Source: Azolla caroliniana
Taxonomy: Eukaryota; Plantae; Polypodiophyta
NCBI GenBank assembly: GCA_043228905.1
Contig: JBHGNT010000042.1
Span: 62,001-126,000, forward strand
DNA length: 64,000 nt
Direction of reading: 5' to 3'
Part shown: piece by piece, positions 13,501-21,978 of the stretch
Layout: the number at the start of each line of letters is the position of its first letter
Position numbering within the stretch: the first letter of the stretch is position 1
The notes under the pieces: model-generated
Databases searched by the model: none
What the model was told of the DNA's origin: nothing
Seen by the model: only the letters and a program-made list of their open reading frames with translations
Program-made: the position numbers and the translations under genes

Positions 13501-16500
13501 GTAGTGGAGAAGAGCGCGTTAGTAAATTAAAATGTTCATACCTGGCTCGTGTGATATCGGATTTCTGTGTTCAAACATGCGAATCGAAGCTAACAACGCT
13601 AGCTCTAATATTGAATTAAAAAATCAAGATTTTGAAACTCAGGTCGAGAGACATGAAGAAATTAGCAAATTTGAGGAGGTAGTGGAGAAGATCGCGTTTG
13701 TAAAGTAAAATGTTTATACTTGGCTCGTTTGATATCGGATTTCTGTGTTCAAATATGCGACTCGAAGCTAACAACGCTAGCTCTAATATGGAATTAAAAA
13801 ATCAAGATTTTGAAACTCAGGTCGAGAGACATGAAGAAATTAGCAAATTTGAGGAGGTAGTGGAGAAGATCGCGTTTGTAAATTAAAATGTTCATACCTG
13901 GCTCGTGTGATATCGGATTTCTATGTTCAAACATGCGAATCGAAGCTAACAACGCTAGCTCTAATATTTAATTAAAAAATCAAGATTTTGAAACTCAGGT
14001 CGAGAGACATGAAGAAATTAGCAAATTTGAGGAGGTAGTGGAGAAGATCGCGTTTGTAAATTAAAATGTTCATACCCGGCTCGTGTGATATCCGATTTCT
14101 GTGTTCAAACATGCGAATCGAAGCTAACAACGCTAGCTCTAATATGGAATTAAAAAATCAAGATTTTGAAACTCAGGTCGAGAGACATGAAGAAATTTGC
14201 AAATTTGAGGAGGTAGTGGAGAAGAGTGCGTTAGTAAATTAAAATGTTCATACCTGGCTCTTGTGATATCGGATTTTTGTGTTCAAACATGCGAATCGAA
14301 GCTAACAACGCTAGCTCTAATATGGAATTAAAAAATCAAGATTTTGAAACTCAGGTCGAGAGACATGAAGAAATTAGCAAATTTGAGGAGGTAGTGAAGA
14401 AGAGCCTGTTAGTAAATTAAAATGTTCATACCTGGCTCGTGTGATATCGGATTTTTGTGTTTAAACATGCGAATCGAAGCTAACAACGCTAGCTATGATA
14501 TGGAATTAAAAAATCAAGATTTTGAAACTCAGGTCGAGAGACATGAAGAAATTTGCAAATTTGAGGAGGTAGTGGAGAAGAGCGCGTTAGTAAATTATAA
14601 TATGGAATCGAAAAAACAAGATTTTGAAACTCAGGTCTAGAGACATGAAGAAATTAGCAAATTTGAGGAGGAAGTGGTGAAGATCACGTTTGTAAATTAA
14701 AATGTTCATACCTGGCTCGTGTGATATCGGATTTCTGTGTTCAAACATGCGAATCGAATCTAACAACGCTAGCTCTAATATTGAATTAAAAAATCAAGAT
14801 TTTGAAACTCAGGTCGAGAGACATGAAGAAATTAGCATATTTGAGGAGGAAGTTGAGAAGAGCGAGTCAGTAAATTAAAATGTTCATACCTTGCTCGGGT
14901 GATATCGGATTTCGGTGTTCAAACATGCGAATCGAAGCTAACAACGCTAGCTATGATATGGAATTACAAAATCAAGATTTTAAAACTCAGCTCGAGAGAC
15001 ATGAATAAATTAGCGAATTTGAGGAGGTAGTGGAGAAGAGCGCGTTAGTAAATTAAAATGTTCATACCTGGCTCGTGTGATATCGGATTTCTATGTTCAA
15101 ACATGCGAATCAAACCTAACAACGCTAGCTCTAATATGGAATTCAAAAATCAAGATTTTGAAACTCAGGTCCAGAGACATGAAGAAATTAGCAAATTTGA
15201 GGAGGAAGTGGAGAAGAGCGTGTTAGTAAATTAAAATGTTCATACCTGGCTCGTGTGATATCGGATTTCTGTGTTCAAACATGCGAATCGAAGCTAACAA
15301 CGCTATCTCTAATATGGAATTAGAAAATCAAGATTTTGAAACTCAGGTCCAGAGACATGAAGAAATTAGCAAATTTGAGGAGGAAGTGGAGAAGAGCGCG
15401 TTAGTAAATGAAAATGTTCATACCTGGCTCGTGTGATATCGGATTTCTGTGTTCAAACATGCGAATCGAAGCTAACAACGCTAGCTCTAATATTGAATTA
15501 AAAAATCAAGATTTTGAAACTCAGGTCGAGAGACATGAAGAAATTAGCAAATTTGAGGAGGAAGTGGAGAAGATCGCGTTTGTAAATTAAAATGTTTATA
15601 CCTGGGTCGTTTGATATCGGATTTCTGTGTTTAAACATGCGACTCGAAGCTAACAACGCTAGCTCTAATATGGAATTAAAAAATCAAGATTTTGAAACTC
15701 AGGTCGAGAGACATGAAGAAATTAGCATATTTGAGGAGGAAGTTGAGAAGAGCGAGTCAGTAAATTAAAATGTTCATACCTGGCTCGTGTGATATCGGAT
15801 TTCGGTGTTCAAACATGCGAATCGAAGCTAACAACGCTATCTCTAATATGGAATTAAAAAATCAAGATTTTGAAACTCAGGTCCAGAGACATGAAGAAAT
15901 TAGCAAATTTGAGGAGGAAGTGGAGAAGAGCGCGTTAGTAAATGAAAATGTTCATACCTGGCTCGTGTGATATCGGATTTCTGTGTTCAAACATGCGAAT
16001 CGAAGCTAACAACGCTATCTCTAATATGGAATTAAAAAATCAAGATTTTGAAACTCAGGTCCAAAGACATGAAGAAATTAGCAAATTTGAGGAGGTAGTG
16101 GAGAAGATCGCGTTTGTAAATTAAAATGTTCATACCTGGCTCGTGTGATATCGGATTTCTGTGTTCAAACATGCGAATCGAAGCTAACAACGCTAGCTCT
16201 AATATGGAATTAAAAAATCAAGATTTTGAAACTCAGGTCGAGAGACATGAAGAAATTAGCAAATTTGAGGAGGTAGTGAAGAAGAGCTTGTTAGTAAATT
16301 AAAATGTTCATACCTGGCTCGTGTGATATCGGATTTTTGTGTTTAAACATGCGAATCGAAGCTAACAACGCTAGCTATGATATGGAATTAAAAAATCAAG
16401 TTTTTGAAACTCAGGTCGAGAGACATGAAGAAATTTGCAAATTTGAGGAGGTAGTGGAGAAGAGCGCGTTAGTAAATTAAAATGTTCATACCTGGCTCGT

Positions 16501-16780
16501 GTGATATCGGATTTCTGTGTTCAAACATGCGAATCGAAGCTAACAACTAGCTCTAATATTGAATTAAAAAATCAAGATTTTGAAACTCAGGTCGAGAGAC
16601 ATGAAGAAATTAGCAAATTTGAGGAGGTAGTGGAGAAGATCGCGTTTGTAAAGTAAAATGTTTATACTTGGCTCGTTTGATATCGGATTTCTGTGTTCAA
16701 ATATGCGACTCGAAGCTAACAACGCTAGCTCTAATATGGAATTAAAAAATCAAGATTTTGAAACTCAGGTCCAGAGACAT
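10530..16780 (+). repeat. Tandem higher-order duplication, 3306 bp (18 x 178 + 102), second copy 2 monomers shorter; boundaries approximate
   Basis: Offsets 11116/14422 and 11930/15236 = 3306, then 12820/15770 = 2950. Shared rare variants include CATACCCGGC, GAATCTAAC and CAAGTTTTTG. Confidence 0.8.
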
Positions 16781-17140
16781 GAAGAAATTAGCATATTTGA
16801 GGAGGAAGTTGAGAAGAGCGAGTCAGTAAATTAAAATGTTCGTACCTGGCTCGTCTGATATCGGATTTTTGTGTTTAAACATGCGAATCGAAGCTAATAA
16901 CGCTATCTCTAATATGGAATAAAAAAATTAATATTTTGAAACTCAAGTCGAGAGACATGAATAAATTAGCAAATTTGAGGCGGGAGTTGACAAGAGCAAC
17001 TAGGTAAATTAAAATGTTCATACTTGGCTCCTGTGATATCGGATTTTTGTGTTCAAACATGCGAATCGAAGCTAATAATGCTATCTCTAATATGGAATTA
17101 AAATATCAAGATTTTGAAACTCAGGTCGACAGACATGAAG

Positions 17141-17144
17141 AAAT
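17141..17144 (+). repeat. Target-site duplication, left copy (AAAT)
   Basis: The empty satellite site is GAAG-AAAT-TAGC. AAAT flanks both ends of the element. Confidence 0.75.
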
Positions 17145-17778
17145 TGTTAGATATAATCAATGATCAGCCGCAAGTTGTAAATCTATCCCCATATGTGCTT
17201 TTAGAGTGCACATTTTGTGATAGCGCCCCAAATGAGGAGCGGCTAGTGTGCAACTCGACCATATGGGTCGATAAGGTGTTAATCTAGGAAACCGTAGATG
17301 CGTAGGACACAATATATTTAGGAAAGAGAGAAATAGATAAAAGGATTGGCTAATCAAGTCAGCTAGAATATTTTGTGGGCAAGTTACGATGTACTTAGTC
17401 TTGAAGTATGCGTCATTGACTTCAAGATAAGTATTATCTAGCACTAGCCTGTACCTAGGGAGTTGGGTCATATTAAATGACAAGTCAGTTGACAGAAAAG
17501 GAATATCTCCACTACTGTCAACTGACTTGCACATTTATACTAAGACCAAACATAGATTATAAGTCACTTTTGTCACACAGTGGTCAGATTGATCATTAGT
17601 CCCCACTAATTTTGTAGTGAGCCGGTCCATATCCTATCTAAGCTCTAAGGTGTGAGCGCATGGGAAAACTACCATTTTGAACTACTCTCATATGTAATAG
17701 AAATTCTGTTTTTCATATATGCATCTCTGCAGTTGTAACTCTATATACCTATCTACTCGATTCTCAATATTTCTAATA
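17145..17778 (+). repeat. 5' LTR (634 bp), TGTTAGA...TCTAATA
   Basis: Direct repeat of 21973-22606. Starts where the satellite is interrupted and ends immediately before the PBS. Imperfect terminal inverted repeat. Confidence 0.95.
17474..17537. repeat. Inverted repeat in LTR (perfect 15-bp arms, 19-nt loop); second copy at 22302-22365
   Basis: CAAGTCAGTTGACAG (17481-17495) / CTGTCAACTGACTTG (17515-17529), extended by TAAATG/CATTTA. Confidence 0.9.
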
Positions 17779-17790
17779 TGGTATCAGAGC
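17779..17790 (+). other. Primer binding site complementary to the 3' end of initiator tRNA-Met
   Basis: TGGTATCAGAGC, the canonical plant tRNA-iMet PBS, directly after the 5' LTR. Confidence 0.95.
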
Positions 17791-17850
17791 GAAGAGGTTG
17801 ATCTAGATTAGGTATATACGGGTAGTTGCTGTCTAGCAACAGAGAGAAAT

Positions 17851-17872
17851 AGAGAGAGAGAGAGAGAGAGAG
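17851..17872 (+). repeat. (AG)11 microsatellite in the retrotransposon 5' leader
   Basis: Perfect AG run between the PBS and the gag ATG, with imperfect AG-rich flanks. Confidence 0.9.
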
Positions 17873-17883
17873 ACAGAGTATCA

Positions 17884-18918
17884 ATGGCCTTGTCCACGAA
17901 TGTTGCAGCTGCTCCATTGCGCATTCGCCCACCTCCATTGTCTGATGGAAAGCTAGATGGAACCAACTACACTCTATGGAAGTTCAAAATGTCTGCCATT
18001 TTGGATTCCTACGAGTTGTTGGAAACAATCATGGGACCCACAGGGGGAGACCCTGAGCCCATGGCAACCTTTGACCCTGCACACCCTACCACATCAATTC
18101 CTCCAAATGCTGATCTACTTCGAGCCTGGAAGAGAAGGAATGCTGATGCGCTATGTACCATAGTCACTGGTGTATGTGACTCCGTACTAACACTAGTGCA
18201 ACATACAACTAGGGCACATGAAGCTTGGAGCATATTGGCCAGCCAGTATGAGACCAGAAACTATACAAGGATACAAAACCTCGAAAATCAGCTTGCTGCA
18301 GAGAAGCTCGCTGATGGAGAGAAAGTAGAATCCTTTGTAAAAAGGATTAAGGATCTTCAAGATCAGCTGGCGGCTGTTGGAGTAGTCGTCTCTCAAGAGG
18401 ATATGGCTCGTCGGTGCATTCGAGTACTTCCTTTCAAGTATGATGGCATTGTGACAGCATTGAACACTCAGGTTCGACCCACTCCTTTAAAATTTGATGA
18501 ACTAAGTGCAATGCTGCTTGAAGAGGAGCTTCGGCTGAAGACAAGAGAAGAAAGGGAAGATTCAGCATTTGTCTCTAGGACTAAGGGTGAAGGGGCATCC
18601 AATTCAAACAATGCGAATAGGATACCGAAGAAGAAGAAGTTCAATGGATCGTGTTTCTACTGTGACAAGAAGGGTCACACAATCAAGGATTGTCGAAAGA
18701 AGATGGCGGATGAGAAGAATGGTTCTAATAAGACTTCTTGGAGAGAGCCCGAGTCCGCTAACAATGTCGTAGATGAACTAGAGTTATGGGTCTCAACTGA
18801 AGAAGTGTGTTCTTCAATTGACACTCAAGTTGTTGATGAGTCTTGGATTCTCGATAGTGGAGCATCCCGACATATGACCAGTAATCGTGACTGGTACAGT
18901 TCTTGGACACCTCTATAA
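17884..18918 (+). CDS. gag: Gag (with CCHC zinc knuckle) plus N-terminal part of the aspartic protease; ends at a premature in-frame TAA
   Basis: KLDGTNYTLWKFKM copia gag N-terminal motif, CFYCDKKGHTIKDC (CX2CX4HX4C, 18652-18693), and protease active site WILDSGASRHMT (Asp codon 18853-18855). Confidence 0.9.
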   Translation: MALSTNVAAAPLRIRPPPLSDGKLDGTNYTLWKFKMSAILDSYELLETIMGPTGGDPEPMATFDPAHPTTSIPPNADLLRAWKRRNADALCTIVTGVCDSVLTLVQHTTRAHEAWSILASQYETRNYTRIQNLENQLAAEKLADGEKVESFVKRIKDLQDQLAAVGVVVSQEDMARRCIRVLPFKYDGIVTALNTQVRPTPLKFDELSAMLLEEELRLKTREEREDSAFVSRTKGEGASNSNNANRIPKKKKFNGSCFYCDKKGHTIKDCRKKMADEKNGSNKTSWREPESANNVVDELELWVSTEEVCSSIDTQVVDESWILDSGASRHMTSNRDWYSSWTPL

Positions 18919-21900
18919 GAGCCCATCAATGTTGTGGTCGGGAACAATGCTCGATGTCCGGCCAAAGGAACCGGAACCGTCTCCCTCAAAGCAACGACCG
19001 GTGGGACAAAGCATCTCTCTCAAGTGTTGTACGTGCCAGATCTGAAGAAGAATCTACTGTCCATTTCTGCACTGACTGACAAGGGTCTTGATGTTCGATT
19101 CAAGAAGTCGGGTGCAGAAATAACAGATTCTGCTGGCAAGGTTGTAGGAATAGGGGTGAGGCGCAACAATCTCTATGAGCTGAGCGCGTTTACCATTTCT
19201 ACTGACCACAGCACAAGTACCAACACAAAGCAATGGCATGAGAGATTTGGGCATCTCAACGTTGCTGTGTTGAAGGAGATGAAGAAGTCGAATATGGTAG
19301 TTGGGTTGCCAACCCTATCTTACTTAAGTCATGTTTGTGATGCTTGTATGATGGGCAAGCATCAAAGATCAGCCATTCCAAAAGAGAGTCAAAATCGGGC
19401 AAAGACTCCTCTACAGCTAATGCACATTGACCTCTCTGGAAAAATGGTGACTCCTGCAATGGGTGGATCTCTCTACTATATGCTAATAGTCGACGACTTC
19501 AGCAGAAAGATATGGGTTTACTTCCTTCGGGAGAAGGCTGAAGCTTTTAAAATCTTCAAAAGATGGCATAAGTTTGTCGAGCGAGAGTCTGGAAAGTTAG
19601 TGAAGGAGCTACGCTCTGATCGAGGTGGAGAATTCTTATCAATAGAATTCTGTGAGTATTGCAAAGAGCATGGAATTAAGCGCCAACTTACAACTGCCTA
19701 CACCCCACAACAAAATGGCGTTGTCAAACGTCGAAATCGAACAGTTGTCGAGATGGCTAGGTGTATGTTGAAGGCACAAGCGCTGCCCGACCCATTCTGG
19801 GCTGAAGCAGTGAACACAGCAGTTTACATCCTCAATCGGAGCTACACGAAGGCACTTCAAGGGAAAACACCCCAAGAAGCTTATTCAGGCAAGAAACCTT
19901 CAGTGCTGCACTTCAGAACCATTGGGTGTATGTGCTACGCACATATTCCAGATGTGAGCAGAAAGAAGTTGGATGCTAAAAGCAAAAAGTGTATCTTTCT
20001 CGGATATAGTGAAGAGTCAAAGGCCTATCGACTCTACGATCCAGAGGCAAGAAAGATATTGACAAGCCGCGATGTGGTGTTCGATGAGGAACAACCACAG
20101 CTAGCTGAGAACAACGATTCTCAAGTTATCTCATCAACTGAAGAAGTATTTTACCCAATCCCGACCCATTATCCAAAAAAGGAAGCTGAACCATCTGATG
20201 GTAATGGTTCACTAGTTCAGCCTATGCTAGTCCCACATGTAAAGAAAATACCTAAGTGGGCTCAACAACTCTTCAATGATCATACTCCTAAAGTTGAGTT
20301 TCCTGAAACTTCAACTGATGGATTACGAAGATCAAGAAGAATACAAGAGCAAGGAAGAACCTCTGACCACATTGTCAACATGGCTCTGATGGTGGACATC
20401 ATAGGCTCAGTGAGTGAGCCGACCTCGGTGGAGGAAGCTATGGCCGACCCGAAGTGGAAAGAGGCGATGATATCAGAATATGATAGCATCATGAAAAATG
20501 ACACATGGGAGTTGGTAGAGAGGCCAACAAAGAAGAAGGTGATAGGCACGAAGTGGGTATGGAAAGTAAAGTATAAAGTTGATGGCTCTTTGGAGAAATT
20601 CAAGGCCAGGCTAGTAGCGCAAGGATACTCCCAAATTGAAGGGTTCGATGTACAAGAAACATTTGCCCCGACAGCTCGCATGACAACAATTCGAATGGTC
20701 ATAGCGTTGGCTGCTTCAAGAGGATGGCCGATTTATCAAATGGATGTCAAATCAGCATTTCTGAATGGGCATCTCAAGGAGGAGGTATATGTGACACAAC
20801 CACCGGGGTTTGAGATACCGAATTCAGAAAACAAAGTTTGCAAGCTGAAGAAGGCACTATATGGTCTAAAGCAAGCACCAAGAGCTTGGAACAAGAGGAT
20901 AGACAGCTTCTTACGATCAATCGACTTTAAGCAATGTGCTTCGGATGCAAGTATGTATGTCAAAATGAAGGACGGGAAACAAGTCATCATTATCATTTAC
21001 GTGGATGATCTAGTACTTACTGGTGACCATGAAGAGTGCATTGGCCAAACACAAGAGTGTTTGAAAACTGAGTTTGAAATGACAGACTTGGGGATTCTAC
21101 ACTACTTCCTTGGAATTGAGGTTTGGCAAACCTCGGTCGGCATCTTCATGTCACAAAGAAAGTATGCAACAGAGATCTTGAAGACCTTCGGGATGATGGA
21201 CAGCAAGTCGAAGTCGACTCCAATGGAGTCAAACTGCAAGCTATCCCAAGAAGACTCATCACCAATGGTTGACATAAGGAAGTATAGACAACAAGTAGGA
21301 AGTCTAATTTTCCTATGCAACACTAGGCCGGATATTTGTTTTGCAGTCAATGTGGTGAGTCGATTCAGCAACAAGCCGAAGGAGACTCATTGGAAAGCTG
21401 CTCTACGTGTATTAAAGTACATTGTGGGTACTTTAAATTATGGAATCTTCTACAAGCCAACAATTGACCAACTTAGTGGATATTGCGACTCCGATTGGGC
21501 TGGAGATAGTGATTCCAGAAAATCAGTTTCTGGATATTGTTTTTCAATAGGATCTGGAGCTGTTTCATGGAGTAGTAAAAAACAACCAACAGTGGCACAA
21601 TCTTCAACGGAGGCAGAATACAAAGCAGCATGCATAGCGGCATGCGAGGTAGTTTGGCTAAGAAGAATCCTTATGGATGTGGCAGTCCCAATAAGGACGG
21701 CAACGGTATTGAGGTGTGACAATCAGAGTTGCATGGCCATTGCCAAGAACCCCGTATTTCATGCACGTACTAAACACATAGAGATTCAGTATCACTATGT
21801 GCGGGAGCTAATAAATGATGAGATTGTGGAGCTTGAGTACTGTCCAACATCAGAAAATGCTGCAGATATCTTCACAAAGGCGCTTGGAGCAGAACAGTTG

Positions 21901-21978
21901 CAACAACACCTTCGACGACTAGGTGTTGGCCCAATTCCAAGTGAACTCAATGGGTTGATCATTGAGGGGGCGTGTTAG
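18919..21978 (+). CDS. pol: Pol: rest of protease, GAG-pre-integrase/HHCC, integrase core, reverse transcriptase, RNase H (same frame as gag; the GTG start at 18934 in the ORF track is probably not a real start)
   Basis: [13 protein letters not shown] (protease); WHERFGH...CDAC (HHCC); HIDL...RSDRGGEF...TPQQNGV (integrase); [22 protein letters not shown] and YVDD at 20998-21009 (RT); [26 protein letters not shown] (RNase H). Confidence 0.93.
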   Translation, partial: EPINVVVGNNARCPAKGTGTVSLKATTGGTKHLSQVLYVPDLKKNLLSISALTDKGLDVRFKKSGAEITDSAGKVVGIGVRRNNLYELSAFTISTDHSTSTNTKQWHERFGHLNVAVLKEMKKSNMVVGLPTLSYLSHVCDACMMGKHQRSAIPKESQNRAKTPLQLMHIDLSGKMVTPAMGGSLYYMLIVDDFSRKIWVYFLREKAEAFKIFKRWHKFVERESGKLVKELRSDRGGEFLSIEFCEYCKEHGIKRQLTTAYTPQQNGVVKRRNRTVVEMARCMLKAQALPDPFWAEAVNTAVYILNRSYTKALQGKTPQEAYSGKKPSVLHFRTIGCMCYAHIPDVSRKKLDAKSKKCIFLGYSEESKAYRLYDPEARKILTSRDVVFDEEQPQLAENNDSQVISSTEEVFYPIPTHYPKKEAEPSDGNGSLVQPMLVPHVKKIPKWAQQLFNDHTPKVEFPETSTDGLRRSRRIQEQGRTSDHIVNMALMVDIIGSVSEPTSVEEAMADPKWKEAMISEYDSIMKNDTWELVERPTKKKVIGTKWVWKVKYKVDGSLEKFKARLVAQGYSQIEGFDVQETFAPTARMTTIRMVIALAASRGWPIYQMDVKSAFLNGHLKEEVYVTQPPGFEIPNSENKVCKLKKALYGLKQAPRAWNKRIDSFLRSIDFKQCASDASMYVKMKDGKQVIIIIYVDDLVLTGDHEECIGQTQECLKTEFEMTDLGILHYFLGIEVWQTSVGIFMSQRKYATEILKTFGMMDSKSKSTPMESNCKLSQEDSSPMVDIRKYRQQVGSLIFLCNTRPDICFAVNVVSRFSNKPKETHWKAALRVLKYIVGTLNYGIFYKPTIDQLSGYCDSDWAGDSDSRKSVSGYCFSIGSGAVSWSSKKQPTVAQSSTEAEYKAACIAACEVVWLRRILMDVAVPIRTATVLRCDNQSCMAIAKNPVFHARTKHIEIQYHYVRELINDEIVELEYCPTSENAADIFTKALGAEQLQQHLRRLGVGPIPSELNGLIIEGAC
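21964..21972 (+). other. Polypurine tract
   Basis: (TT)GAGGGGGCG immediately upstream of the 3' LTR, typical of copia PPTs. Confidence 0.85.

Larger units (their letters stand above)
1..17144 (+). repeat. 178-bp tandem satellite array, left part (~97 monomers, mostly subfamily L)
   Basis: Consensus approximately AAAATGTTCATACCTGGCTCGTGTGATATCGGATTTCTGTGTTCAAACATGCGAATCGAAGCTAACAACGCTAGCTCTAATATGGAATTAAAAAATCAAGATTTTGAAACTCAGGTCGAGAGACATGAAGAAATTAGCAAATTTGAGGAGGTAGTGGAGAAGAGCGCGTTAGTAAATT, recurring every 178 bp head-to-tail. Includes occasional 102-bp and 210-bp variant monomers. Confidence 0.97.
17884..21978 (+). pseudogene. gag-pol polyprotein, probably disabled in this copy (nonsense codon at 18916-18918; integrase catalytic E>K at 19726-19728)
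   Basis: The two ORFs share one frame (offset 1050, divisible by 3) and are separated only by [15 protein letters not shown] replaces the family-typical QQNGVAERxNRT. Confidence 0.7.

Noticed and set aside
17157-17534. 125-aa antisense ORF in the LTR (copy at 21985-22362)
   Set aside because: It is duplicated only because the LTRs are duplicated. No recognisable motif and no evidence of coding.
18934-18936. Independent pol gene starting at GTG, or a gag/pol frameshift
   Set aside because: It is in the same frame as gag and would start mid-protease. It is better explained by one in-frame stop.
17753-21722. Short overlapping and antisense ORFs within gag-pol
   Set aside because: Shadow frames of a long coding sequence.
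21900-21978. env-like ORF or chromodomain
   Set aside because: There is no space between RNase H and the LTR, and the domain order is copia rather than Ty3/CRM.
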